Shown here one piece after another: positions 36,475-47,200 of a DNA stretch of 63,216 nucleotides. The number at the start of each line of letters is the position of its first letter. The first letter of the stretch is position 1. This DNA comes from Bacteroidota bacterium. Its GTDB lineage: Bacteria; Bacteroidota; Ignavibacteria; SZUA-365. The notes under the pieces are model-generated. The model saw only the letters and a list, made by a program, of their open reading frames with translations, was not told the DNA's origin and ran no database searches. The stretch lies in assembly GCA_035914695.1 (NCBI GenBank), contig JAMIQH010000153.1:1-63216 (forward strand). Direction: 5' to 3'. The position numbers were made by a program, and so were the translations under genes.

Positions 36475-37233
36475 CTACCGCTGCCGACGGTCGAGCTGGT
36501 AGCGGCCGGCGGGGTCGATGCGGAGGGTGGGGATGCGGTGGGTGCGTTCGAAGCTGTCGTAGCCGGCTTTGAGCTGTGTCCAGAAATCGGCGAGGGTGGG
36601 CTGATCGAGGACGGTGTTGAGCAGACCGGCGAAACGGGCTTCGGTCATGCGTAGGGGAAAAATGTGCACGGGTATGCGTCGCTGGCCGGCGGCGCGGGCG
36701 CGCGCGGCGAGCAGGTAGATTTCGCGGATGGCGTCGTCCTCCACGGAGATGCAGCCGATGCTGACGCAGCGTCCGTGCATGTAAATGTCACCGCCGGGAT
36801 TGCCGCCGCGCGTGTGTATGCGGTCGGCGGCATTGGGATAATCGAGTCCGAGCGAAAGCAGGTAACTGCTCGTGGGATTGAAACGCGTGATGTTGTAGAA
36901 GCCCTCCGGCACTTGCATGTCGCCCTGCGCGCGCTTCGGTCCGAGGGTGCCGGAGTAACCGCAGAAGTCGTAGTCGCGGAACAAGGCCATGGTGTCGGCC
37001 GATCGTACCCAGAGTTCCACGCTGCGCTCGTCCTTGAACACGCGCAGATAGATGGCGCGGGGCGGAAAAACGAGTCCGCGCTCGCGAAAAGCGCGGCGCA
37101 GGGAGGTGTCCTTGTGATCGTGCGCGTATTTTACCCGGGTGAATCCGAGTTGCTGCCGGTAGAAGTCCTGTGCATGGCTTGCGGTGGTGGAGAGGAGGAG
37201 TATGCCCAGGAGGGCGGTGATGATCGGGCGCAT
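36475..37233 (-). CDS. L,D-transpeptidase catalytic-domain family protein
   Basis: ORF 252 aa. Signal peptide MRPIITALLGILLLSTTASHAQ. IYMHGRCVSIGCISVED resembles the YkuD-type HG...GC active site. Confidence 0.7.
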   Translation of the reverse strand: MRPIITALLGILLLSTTASHAQDFYRQQLGFTRVKYAHDHKDTSLRRAFRERGLVFPPRAIYLRVFKDERSVELWVRSADTMALFRDYDFCGYSGTLGPKRAQGDMQVPEGFYNITRFNPTSSYLLSLGLDYPNAADRIHTRGGNPGGDIYMHGRCVSIGCISVEDDAIREIYLLAARARAAGQRRIPVHIFPLRMTEARFAGLLNTVLDQPTLADFWTQLKAGYDSFERTHRIPTLRIDPAGRYQLDRRQR

Positions 37234-37286
37234 GGGGGCTCGATGTTCAATGTTGGAACTGGATTGGTTGTTCTGTGCTGAGGGGG

Positions 37287-37335
37287 AAAACCACGGATTT
37301 CACAGATTATTCACGGATTATCACAGATGAAATGC
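37287..37335. repeat. short CACAGAT-family module (copy R5)
   Basis: aaaaccacggatttcacagattattcacggattatcacagatgaaatgc. Confidence 0.75.
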
Positions 37336-37352
37336 AGTAATTCGCGCATCAT

Positions 37353-40300
37353 TCATCCGGTAACGGTATCGGTTTGTTCGGTCACATCCACGACGGTGTT
37401 GTCGGTGAGGAACCAGAGCAGGGTGCGCGCGGGCTGTCCGCTGAGGTCGCGCCAGGCACGCGCGTAGAGGCGCACCTGCGGGGCGTAATGCGCGGCGTAG
37501 GCGTCGAGGGCCTCGCCGGCGGCATCGGTTTTGTAGTCCACGATGGTCCAGCCGCGCTCGTCGCGGAAGACGAGGTCGATGTCGCCGCGCAGCACGCCGG
37601 GTAACGCCTCGTCCGGCCACGGCTGCGCGAAGGGGATTTCGCAGTGCCGCTGCTCCGCCGCCATGATGCGCTGCCACAGCGGATGCGCGCGCGCGACGCG
37701 CACAAGCTCCAGCAACGCGGGTGCTTCCTCTTCTCCAATGCCCTCGCCGGCGAGCAGCGCCACGGCGATGCTCGCGGGTTCGAGCGCGGGATCGGTGGCC
37801 AGCAACTGCATCATGCGATGCACGGCGGTGCCCCAGCGGGCGCCCCTGCCGCGCGTGGCGCTGCGCGGCGCATCCGGTCCTTTTGCCATAACACTTGCGC
37901 GCAAGCGCTGCCAGGAGGGACGCAGCGCATCCTCGCGATGCCGCTCCAACATGCGGAGCATGTCGTCGGGCGTGTCGGGCAGCGCCGCGCCGCTCGCAGG
38001 GGTGATCGCGCCATCCGCGGTGGTATTGGTTGTGGCGGCTTCAACGGCGCGGGGCAGCGGACGGGCGGCGAAGAGCGCGACTTCGTCGTGTGTGAAATTG
38101 CTCGCGCCCTTGTCATGCCCGAGCAGCAGCAGCGAATTCCCGGCGCGCGTGGCCGCGACATAACGCAGGCGCTCACGTTCGGCTTTGAGATACCGCGACT
38201 CGCTGTCCACGAGTGCTTGCCACTCGCCGGGTATCGCGATGATGCTGCCCGCGTAGGGATTGCCTGTGCTTTTCACAATGGCGCAGTAGCCCGTCCCGAC
38301 ATCGCCGCGGCGGACAATGATGGCTGGCTCGCGCGCTTTCGGGGGAGCCATGTCGCAGAGGACGACGAGCGGCGCCTCGAGGCCTTTGGCGCCGTGCATG
38401 GTCATGAGCCGCACGGCCTGTGTTTCCTCCCGCAGTTGCACCGAGAGTTTCGACGTCTGCCGCATGCGCTCGAGGGTGCGCATGATGTCGTACAGGGCCA
38501 TGCCGCGTGCCGAGGCCCGGCGCAAAAAACCGAGCAGCGTAGCGAAGCCGCCCGCGCGCGCGTCGCCGCGATCCCGCGCCAGCAACCAGGGCGGCATGGC
38601 CCAGCTATCCACCATGGTCGAGGCCACGGTGCCGGGAGGCATGGAGCGCACGAGTCGCATGGAGCTTTTGATGAAATCCAGGGCCTGACGCAGGCGCGGG
38701 TCCATGCCTGGTTTGAACGCCGCGGTGAGCTTGAAGCGCCCGCCCGATTGCCGCCAACGCAGCAGCGCGGCATCGTCCACGCCGCACCAGGCGCTGCGGA
38801 GGAAGGCCACCATCGCCACCTCGTCCTCGGGATCGCCGAGCACGCGCAGGAGCAGCAGGAGAAGGTCGACTTCCTCGCTGTCCAGCATGGGGAGTCCGCC
38901 CGCTGTGCTGTAGGGGATGTCGGCGGCGTCGAGTGCGCGTGCCACGTCCTGCAATTGCTTGATCGTGCGTCCGAGTATGAGTACGTCGCCGTAGCGCAGG
39001 GGGCGTTCGATGGGCGCGCCGGCCGCTGCGGTTTCGGCGATGCGCATGCCCGCATTCACGGCTTCGCGCAGCCAGGCGGCGAGAGCGGCATTGGCATCGG
39101 GTGCGGAGGCCTCGGCGGGAAGCACGTACACGCCCGCGAGCGCGCCCGCTTCCTCGCGCTCGGGCAGCAGCGCTTCGTAGGCGGGTTGCATGTCGCTGCC
39201 GGGCGCGGGGAAGAGCGGAGCGAAGACGCGGTTCACCGCATCGCAGATGGACGGCAGCGAACGGAAGTTGCGCGTGAGCCGCAGCACCTCGCCTCCCGAG
39301 CGCAGCATGATGGCGCGCAGCTCGTTGTACACGCTGATATCGGCGCGGCGGAAGCGATAAATGGCCTGCTTGGGATCGCCCACGACGAAAAGCGCTCCGG
39401 GGCGGAGGCGCGCTTCCCGCCACGAGGCGCCGTCGTCCACATCGCCACAGAGATAGAGCAGAATTTCCGCTTGCAACGGGTCGGTGTCCTGGAACTCATC
39501 CACCAGCACATGGCGCCAACGGCTTGCGAGCGCGTCGCGTACGTCGCGGTGGTCGCGCAGCAGATTGCGCGCGCGCAGGAGCAGATCGGCATTGTCCAGC
39601 GCATTGCGCCGCTGCTTCTCCTCGGCGTAGCGCTTTCGTGCTTCGATGATCAGAGGCAGAAGCCGCGCGTAGTCGTATTGACGCAAGGCCTCGATAGCGG
39701 GCTGCACGTGCGTCTCGTTCACTTCGCTGAGCAGATGATCGCGGAACTCTAACGCCACGTTGGCATCCGTCCAGCGCTTGAGCGTCACGTTTCGGGAGGT
39801 CTTGGTGCGGAACAGCGCCACAATGCGCCGATCCCTCGCCGGCGAGGGCTCCGCTTCCAGCAAGCTCGCGGCTCGCGCCAGATTTTTTTGCGCATCGTCG
39901 CGCTGTTTCGGATCGGGATGGAGATACGCGGCGGAGGAATCGACCAATGTGCGGATTGCGTCGATAGCCGCGGTGAGATCCGGCGCGGTTGCGCTGCCCG
40001 GCGGGAAATCCACCTCCGGGTAGTCGAAGAGCGTCATGCAATTCGCGCGGAGATCCTCGACGGGCAGTTCCAGCTCCTCCAAGGTGGCGAGCAGTTCAGG
40101 ATGTTCAATATCCAGTGTGGCGGTGAATCGCGTCCAGGCCTCGGCGCGCAGGGCGTCGGCATCGGCATCCTCCAACAGGAGGAAGTCCGGTGCGACACCC
40201 GTCTGCACGGGGTATTCGCGCAGCATGGCGGAGCAGAAGGCATGAATGGTTTCAATGAACAGCGCATCGATATTGTCCACCGCCAGCCGCAGGCGTGCGC

Positions 40301-40565
40301 GCGTCGCTTCGTTGTCGGCGCTGCGCGCTGCGCGTTCGAGGCGGTTTTGCATGCGCAGACGCAATTCCAATGTTGCCTTGCGCGTGAAGGTGACGGCGGC
40401 GATGCCATGCACGTCCGTGATGCCATCGCTCAGCAGCGAGAGCATGCGTTCGGTGAGCGCGGTGGTTTTGCCGCTGCCCGCTGCGGCCTCGACGAAGAGG
40501 GTGGCGCGGACATCGGTGCGTATGCGCTCGCGCGCGATGGCGTCGAGATCCCTGTTATTCTCCAT
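37353..40565 (-). CDS. UvrD/Rep-type helicase with C-terminal PD-(D/E)XK nuclease (AddA/RecB-like)
   Basis: ORF 37353..40772. Start taken at MENNRDLDAIARE (ATG 40565). AAAGSGKTTAL Walker A and VDEFQDT are present. The C-terminal GDIDLVFRDERGWTIVDYKTD is a nuclease motif. Confidence 0.8.
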   Translation of the reverse strand: MENNRDLDAIARERIRTDVRATLFVEAAAGSGKTTALTERMLSLLSDGITDVHGIAAVTFTRKATLELRLRMQNRLERAARSADNEATRARLRLAVDNIDALFIETIHAFCSAMLREYPVQTGVAPDFLLLEDADADALRAEAWTRFTATLDIEHPELLATLEELELPVEDLRANCMTLFDYPEVDFPPGSATAPDLTAAIDAIRTLVDSSAAYLHPDPKQRDDAQKNLARAASLLEAEPSPARDRRIVALFRTKTSRNVTLKRWTDANVALEFRDHLLSEVNETHVQPAIEALRQYDYARLLPLIIEARKRYAEEKQRRNALDNADLLLRARNLLRDHRDVRDALASRWRHVLVDEFQDTDPLQAEILLYLCGDVDDGASWREARLRPGALFVVGDPKQAIYRFRRADISVYNELRAIMLRSGGEVLRLTRNFRSLPSICDAVNRVFAPLFPAPGSDMQPAYEALLPEREEAGALAGVYVLPAEASAPDANAALAAWLREAVNAGMRIAETAAAGAPIERPLRYGDVLILGRTIKQLQDVARALDAADIPYSTAGGLPMLDSEEVDLLLLLLRVLGDPEDEVAMVAFLRSAWCGVDDAALLRWRQSGGRFKLTAAFKPGMDPRLRQALDFIKSSMRLVRSMPPGTVASTMVDSWAMPPWLLARDRGDARAGGFATLLGFLRRASARGMALYDIMRTLERMRQTSKLSVQLREETQAVRLMTMHGAKGLEAPLVVLCDMAPPKAREPAIIVRRGDVGTGYCAIVKSTGNPYAGSIIAIPGEWQALVDSESRYLKAERERLRYVAATRAGNSLLLLGHDKGASNFTHDEVALFAARPLPRAVEAATTNTTADGAITPASGAALPDTPDDMLRMLERHREDALRPSWQRLRASVMAKGPDAPRSATRGRGARWGTAVHRMMQLLATDPALEPASIAVALLAGEGIGEEEAPALLELVRVARAHPLWQRIMAAEQRHCEIPFAQPWPDEALPGVLRGDIDLVFRDERGWTIVDYKTDAAGEALDAYAAHYAPQVRLYARAWRDLSGQPARTLLWFLTDNTVVDVTEQTDTVTG

Positions 40566-43482
40566 GCTGCAATTCCCTCCATGCGTCAAGCATGTTGTTG
40601 TCCGCATTGTCCAATTTTTCCAAACTCTCCTCGCAGACGCGCCGCGGCGGACCGCAGAGTTCTCGGAATTCGCAATAGCCGCAAGCGCCGGCGTCGATGG
40701 CATGGGGGAACACGCCGTCGCGCCAGGCGCGCAGCAGGTGGCCGACGGTTTCGGCGAGGCCCGGATCGTCAACGCTGTGCGGCACTTCGACGCCTTGCTC
40801 CTTGTCGGAGATGTGGAGGTAGCTGAAGCGCAGATCGTGCGCCTCGCTGCCGGGCAGCATGGCGCGCAGGGCGGCGGCGTAGAGGCCGGGTTGCAGCGGC
40901 AGTCCGTCTTTCAGCACGCGCGCCTTGTTGGATTTCATGGAGCCGGTTTTGTAATCGACAATGCGAATGTTTCCCTCCGCATTCATGTCCACGCGATCCA
41001 CACGGCCGCGGAGCAGCAGTGTGCCCTCGGGAGTGGGGAAGCGCGGCTGCTGCTGCGGACGCCGCAGCGGTGGCTGTGGCAGCTCGTCGCCATCGATGCG
41101 CAATTCCACGCCGAGGATGCGCAGCTTGGGCTGTTGCCGTTCGTGGCGCAGGAAAATGGAGGCGATACTCCGTAATTTGCCGCGCGCGACTCGCAGCGCG
41201 CTTTCATTCGGCGCTGGATGCTCGTCGATGTAATCGTGCAGCACATCCTCGATGACCGCGTGGGCTTCGGACTCCCACTGCTCCACCGGCCAATGCGTGG
41301 CGGAGCGACGCAGGATGAAGTGCTGAAACACCGCGTGCGCGCAACTGCCGAGGTCGGCGGGATTCATCCATTGCGTGGCGTCGAATTCGGAGGAGGGAGG
41401 CGGCTGCACGCGGAGGAGCTTTTGCAGAAACGCTTTGTACGGGCAGCGCGAGAAGCTCTCCAGCGTGGAAGGCGACAGCGCGAAGCTGCGATCGTCTTCG
41501 CCCATGTGCGGCCCCACGAACCCATCGAAGGCGGTGAAGTTCCGCGACGCGCGCGCCGCGATGGCCTCCTGTCCCGCGTGTTGCAGCGGGAAGTGGGCGA
41601 GCAACGCGGCCATGGCCTCCGCGCGCGGCAGCGGGGCGCCGCGCAGGAGAAAATATTCGGACAAGGACAGCGGCCATTCCGCAGGCACATCGCCTTCGGC
41701 GCGGGGCAGCGCGCGTTCGAGGTCGGAGTAGTCGGCGTCGGGTTGCTCGCGCACGCCGCGGAACAGGGCGAGCACTTCGCGCGACGGAGCGAGGGGATGA
41801 AGTTTGTCGGCTTCCATGCGCGCCCAGGAGACGGTGAGTGTGCCGCGCACGCGCCGCAGCAAGGCGCGGAAATCCTCGCTGCGCCGCCGCACGCGCGCAT
41901 GCGCATCCGGCAGCGCGACAGCGAGCCGACGTGCGAGTTCCGCGCGGTCCTCGTCGAGCAGCACGGGATTGATCTCGGCCTTGCCCGGCATGCTGTCAAC
42001 ATCCATGCCCAGCACGTACACCTGTTCGCGTCCCGACCAGCCCGCGTGCCGGAGGTCGCACACGTACAGATGTCCGGGCAGGGGAGAGCTGCTTTGCTCG
42101 GCCACGCCCCCGACTTCCTTGAGCACCACCGGCATGGACGCGGCGCCAATGCTGTCGGTGAGCATGGCGAGAATGGCGGCGGGTTCGCCGAGCAGCTCGG
42201 GTCCGCGCGCGAGGTTGTGGAGCAAGTCCTGCAACTGCGCCACTGCCTGCGGCTCGCCGGGGAAGGCGGGGCGGCAGAGATCGCGCAGTAGCGTTGCGGT
42301 GTTTTCCACGAGCGTGTGCAACGAGAGGAAGCCATCGTCGCGGCGCTCGGGGAGCAGGGCGGCGAGCGCGGCGATGAATTCGCGGCAGGCGGGCCAGGCG
42401 GGATTGCCTGCGCCTTCGCCACGCGCGAGATAGCGGTCGACACGTTCGACAGTGCGCGACGGATCGGGACCGATTGTCGCCCGGCGGAGCAGGTCGGCGG
42501 CGGGCAGGCGGTTGGCCGACACGCCATTGACGGAGAAGGGTTCGAAGTCGGGAATGCCTTCGTACAGCAGGCGGACGAGGTAATGCGCGTCGCCCCGTTC
42601 GATCCATTGCAGGAAGCGCAGCACGGTGCGAGCGGCTTTGCTGTAATGTAGAGGAATGCCTTCGGCAAAGGTGACGGGAAGGTCGAATTCCTGACACAGT
42701 TCCCAGATCAACGCGCGTTGATAGCTGTCGCAGTACACGATTTCCGCCTGGTCGAGCGGGACACGGCGATGCAGGATATCGCGCAGCGCCGCGCGGGCCT
42801 CGTGTTCGGGGGTCAATGCGGGACGGAATTCCACGCGTGTCGGCGCCGTGGCCCCGTTATCGATGACGGTGAGCGCGTCCGGAGCCAGGGCGTCGAGAAA
42901 GGCGCGTTCGAGTGGCGGGAGCGCATCGAATTCCTCCCGAGCGATCAGCAGTCGCGGTCGGGCGGTGTCGGGCAAGTCCCGGGCTTGCTCGATGGCGCGT
43001 CGCAGCAGCAGGGCGGGAGGCAGCATGCCGCGCTTCCGGGACTCGGCATGCACCTGTTCCCACACCGCGTGCACATCGCGCAGGCGCGGATGCTCCGATT
43101 CGGGCTCGGGCAGGAGTTGCCCGGGCAGCACACCCGCCTGTTCGAGATCGCGGATCGCGCGTTCGAAACAGCGTTGCATGCCCGGTTGGGTGGCCAACGC
43201 GGCGAAGGCGCCGGGTGGACGCAGGCGGTCGATACATGCGGCCGCGACGAAGGATGGCGCGAAGGACTCGCTGCGTTCGCCGGATTGCAGCAGGTCGACG
43301 GCGAGCAGCTCGCGTGCCAGGGAGAGCGGCGTGCCGCGGCGCAGTCCGAGCCAGGCCGTGCCCGAGCGCGCGAGCGCGTCGCGCTGCAATTCGGCGATGA
43401 GCGCCGTGGATGCGACGAGAACGGTGTCGACCGGCGGTCGTTGCTGCTGAAGAATCTTGGAACAGGATGCGGTGAAACTCAT
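40555..43482 (-). CDS. AddB-like PD-(D/E)XK nuclease subunit with Fe-S cysteine cluster
   Basis: ORF 40555..43896. Start taken at MSFTASCSKILQQQ (ATG 43482). RGRVDRVDMNAEGNIRIVDYKTG is the nuclease motif. FSRCPYKAF plus CGYCEFRELCG supply four Cys as in AddB. It overlaps the addA-like start by 11 nt. Confidence 0.75.
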   Translation of the reverse strand: MSFTASCSKILQQQRPPVDTVLVASTALIAELQRDALARSGTAWLGLRRGTPLSLARELLAVDLLQSGERSESFAPSFVAAACIDRLRPPGAFAALATQPGMQRCFERAIRDLEQAGVLPGQLLPEPESEHPRLRDVHAVWEQVHAESRKRGMLPPALLLRRAIEQARDLPDTARPRLLIAREEFDALPPLERAFLDALAPDALTVIDNGATAPTRVEFRPALTPEHEARAALRDILHRRVPLDQAEIVYCDSYQRALIWELCQEFDLPVTFAEGIPLHYSKAARTVLRFLQWIERGDAHYLVRLLYEGIPDFEPFSVNGVSANRLPAADLLRRATIGPDPSRTVERVDRYLARGEGAGNPAWPACREFIAALAALLPERRDDGFLSLHTLVENTATLLRDLCRPAFPGEPQAVAQLQDLLHNLARGPELLGEPAAILAMLTDSIGAASMPVVLKEVGGVAEQSSSPLPGHLYVCDLRHAGWSGREQVYVLGMDVDSMPGKAEINPVLLDEDRAELARRLAVALPDAHARVRRRSEDFRALLRRVRGTLTVSWARMEADKLHPLAPSREVLALFRGVREQPDADYSDLERALPRAEGDVPAEWPLSLSEYFLLRGAPLPRAEAMAALLAHFPLQHAGQEAIAARASRNFTAFDGFVGPHMGEDDRSFALSPSTLESFSRCPYKAFLQKLLRVQPPPSSEFDATQWMNPADLGSCAHAVFQHFILRRSATHWPVEQWESEAHAVIEDVLHDYIDEHPAPNESALRVARGKLRSIASIFLRHERQQPKLRILGVELRIDGDELPQPPLRRPQQQPRFPTPEGTLLLRGRVDRVDMNAEGNIRIVDYKTGSMKSNKARVLKDGLPLQPGLYAAALRAMLPGSEAHDLRFSYLHISDKEQGVEVPHSVDDPGLAETVGHLLRAWRDGVFPHAIDAGACGYCEFRELCGPPRRVCEESLEKLDNADNNMLDAWRELQHGE

Positions 43483-43547
43483 GGCGTTTCCCTTGTGCTG
43501 GGATAGTCTCAAGGTACTATTTCGCGTGGTATTCGCCGAATGCGCTG

Positions 43548-43960
43548 CTTGAAGAGATCGAGCGGAATACATATAAAGAGAGCGCGGAGGGCGCCGAGGG
43601 CGCAGAGGATGGGTTGAGGTCGCTGACCGCTCGAATCCTGGCGACTGGCTGAGTGCGTGATACATTTGAAGAGATGAAAGAGAGCGGAGAGAGCGGAGAG
43701 GAATTGTTGAAGGCGCATCACGCTTGAAATCCGTGCGCCCCGCCGCAATCGGGTCAAAGCAAGGGCGCAGGGACGCCGGCGGCGGTAATCGGTTCAACAC
43801 AACGGCGCAGGGTCGCAGGCCTGAGATCTCCTCTGTGTACTCAGTGTTGGCGAAGCCCTCAGGGTACTCGGTGTTCGCGCAGCGCTCCGGGTTCACGCGC
43901 GTGCTTCCAATTCCTCCTTACCCTCATCTCCTCATTACTCTCTCCTCGAATGGTTTCTCC
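43548..43960. repeat. composite intergenic repeat, second locus of the 19887-20275 family
   Basis: ggctgagtgcgtgatacatttgaagagatgaaagagagcggagagagcggagaggaattgttga at 43647-43710. ggaggatgggttgaggtcgctgaccgctcgaatcctg at 43604-43640. ccgccgcaatcgggtcaaagcaagggcgcagggacgc and ttcctccttaccct also recur, all colinear with the first locus. Confidence 0.85.
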
Positions 43961-44203
43961 ACAAGACAACGACCGCAAAAAAAGGAAAATGATTTTTTTT
44001 GAGCCCATGCATTGACACTCATTGCGGGCTTGAGTATACTTGCTGTGCAACAATCAATTTCTCAGCCAGCTGTGTACCATCATTCCGGGTATGGAATGAC
44101 ATCGCGCTGTGAACGAAGCACCTTAGCCGTGCGGACTATCCGCGACGCGACGATTCGAGTCAATCAATCGCAATTTCACGTTCACCAGCACAAAGGAAAT
44201 GGT

Positions 44204-47200
44204 ATGAAACGTTGCATCCACACTGTGGTGGTGATGCTGTCGTTCCTGGACTTGCATGGCGCGGCCTTCGGGCAGGCGCAGCAGCCGGGGTACGTCCCAC
44301 CGGACGCCGCGGCGTTCGGGCTTGAGGCACACAATCAGCATCTCGCGGTAATTCGCACCTCGTGCAATACCATCGACGAGGCCGTGCAGCTTCGTGATGA
44401 ACTCGTCCGCAAGGGCGCTCTCGTGTCAATTTTCACATCACCACAGATCATGATGGCCTGGGTTCCGCCCGAGGCCAAGAGCGGCGTGCAAAGCACGCAG
44501 CTGGCGACGGCACTCGGCACCATTGGCGTCGAGTCGGTGTCGTACAACAGCGCGGAGTTCAACACGCAGGTGGCGAACCACACCATGGCGGCGCTCAGCG
44601 ATGCCGATCAGGCGCTGCTGGACTATCTGGATTTCATCAAGCGTCCGCTCACCGAGGATGAGCGCGAGCATATCCGCAAGTCCGAGGAGGAAATGGCCGC
44701 GCGCGCGCCCTTCATGCCGGCGCACGATTGCATGCGTTTCCCCACCACCGACGAACCCTCGCCGCGCGAATTGCACAAGGGTATACCCTCGGTGGAAGTG
44801 GGTGATCCTCAGATCATGCACGCCTCGAAAATTCGCGGCTATGTGGTGCATACCAGCTTCTTCGTCGAGAGCAAGAGCGGTACCGGCACATGGAACTGGG
44901 ACGGGACGATTTATGATCGTTACCGCAATTTCTATGTCGCCGCCATCAACTACTGGGCAGGCTTCACCGCCAAGTACGGCCGCACGCTCACCACGTACTG
45001 GCGTTTGTACTCGCCGTACAACACCAACGCGCAGGTGACGGGCGAGCCCACAACGACGGGTGAAAACTCCTTCATTCCCGAGATTGTCAAGAAATTTTAC
45101 ACTCCGAGCGGTTCGAACAAGCCACCCGCATGGGACTGGGCCGACGCGGGCCTGGAGTACTGCTGGTGGTACAATCAGAAAATCCGCGCCGCCTTCGGTT
45201 CCGACGATGCCGTGTGCGGCTTCATCGCCTACAAGCCCTCAGGCAGCGAGGCCATCTGGCCGCACGCAGTGGGAATCATCTGGGGTGGAACGGAACTCGA
45301 AGGCGTGTACTTCGCACTCGACACGCAGTACTGGCAATGCGAACTCGATCCCTTCTCCAAGCCGCGCCGCAATGTGATCGCCCATGAAATGGGGCATCTC
45401 TGGGGCGCGCCGGACGAGTATCGCAACGACAACTGTTCGGATTCCTATCGCGGCATCGCGAACATCAACTGCCAGACCACGCGGCCCGCATACGGTCGCC
45501 CCGGCTTCAACATGCGCGGCTGGGATGGCATCATGGTGGAGAACTACATCTACGGCAACTCGCTCGCCACGCCCGTGCACACCGGAGTGATTCCGGTGGG
45601 CGAGGCGGTGAAAACGCGATTGTTCACCAGCACGCCTTCGGGCGCGCCGTTGACCTTCCGCAACTGCGACGACATCCGCACGCAGAATCTGACCGCGCCC
45701 ATAGCGGTACCAATGGATTTCGACTACTGCTACCGGCTGGTCGTGCCGGCGTCGCGCAATGTCAGCGGCACGATGTACTACTTCGACTATTTCGAAGTGA
45801 AGCGGGCCAGCGGCGCCACCACGAATGTGGATTGGTACGCCAACGAACTGCCGAGCTACGCGGTGACGTCCACCTTCGCCAATCCGGTGACGGATGTGCG
45901 CGTGGTGTACACGAGCAGTCCGCCGGACATTTTCACTGTGAACACGACGGTCACCGCGCATCTCGCTCCGGCGGGATCGAGCGCGAGCCCCAATCCGGGC
46001 GTCGCGGTGAAATGGCGCAACAAATACAACATGAACGAGACGCAAACCTATGTCGAAGTGGAAGTGGCCGCCGGCAACTGGCAGCGCTTGCAGGCCGGCT
46101 CGCACATGCCGCTGGGTCCGTTCAATGTGCCCATCAATCAGTGGACCGGCGTCATCGTGTATTCGATTCCGGGGGTGAGCGGCACGGGCACCAACGCCAT
46201 TCAGTCGAATCGTGAATACAAGTTCCGCGTTGTCGGATACTTCAACACCAACCGCGGCACGCCGTCGCAGGTGGCCTCGGTGACCACGCGTCCGGCCACG
46301 CCGGCCGACACGGTGTATTGCCAGGATCCCAACGAGCCGAACAGCATCAGCAGTCCGAAAGTCCTGACCTCGTCGGGTCCGGGCATGGAGCCGTATCGCG
46401 TCAAGGGCGCGACGGTGATCACGGGCATCGCGGGCGAGTTCTCGTGGTTCATTCCGAAGGGCGATTATTACCGCGTGACGGCGATCAATCTCTCGGGGAC
46501 ATTTTTCGGCGAATACCTGCGTCTGGCGTTGCGCGTCAAGCCGGGGTCGAATTTCGTGCCGAAGTTCCGAGCGCAGCGCGCCGGTAGCGCCACGCATATC
46601 AACGGCTACAAGTCGGGCGACGAGTACATTCTCTCGCTCAACACCGACGGCGAGTACCTGATCAAGGTGGAGCCGGAGATCAGCCAGTCGATCAGCTACG
46701 ATCTGGTGGATCGCACGGGCGGGCATTTCGCCTTCGGCGAATATGAAATCCTGGTCGAGCGCGCGAATTCCTATCCGCCCATCGCGGTGCCGTGCTTCAA
46801 CTGTGTGAAGTATCACTTCCTCAAGCCCTTCCCGGGCGAGATCATTCTCGAACCACATCCGACAGTGGATCTTTTCCGCGGTGGCGTGGACAAAGCCAAG
46901 CCGCTGGCGTTCAAGATGCGCTATCAGGTCCCGCCGGGCTTCAGCTTCCTGGGCTTCGGTGGCGATCTCGGCACACTGCCCGGAAATCCGGTGGACATCA
47001 ACATCGGTCCGAACACCGCGCCGGGCACGTACAACATTTTCCCGATTCTCGAACCCATCGATCCGAAGAATGCGGAACTCGTGATCATCAATCCACAGGG
47101 ACCCGGTGGTCCGCACGACGAGCGCAAGAGCGGTCCGATCGGTTCGACGGTGGTGGCCACGGCCACGGCGCCGACGGGCTACATGTTCGTGGGTTGGGGT

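Noticed and set aside
25681-37335. Integron-like cassette array (CALIN), with the repeats acting as attC sites
   Set aside because: There is no integrase. I found no R''/R' core sites (RYYYAAC / GTTRRRY) and no extended imperfect dyad symmetry in the repeats. One of the units is an 8.4-kb multigene locus and another precedes the core addAB operon. They fit dispersed REP/MITE-like repeats better.
37644-39752. 702-aa plus-strand ORF inside the addA-like gene region
   Set aside because: It is antisense to a helicase gene with clear Walker A, DExQ and nuclease motifs. It is a shadow ORF.
37353-43482. UvrD-helicase plus PD-(D/E)XK nuclease pair next to a defence island, as a possible novel defence system
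   Set aside because: Sizes, motif order, the four-Cys Fe-S cluster in the second protein, host-like GC content and the overlapping gene pair all fit a housekeeping AddAB-type recombination enzyme.
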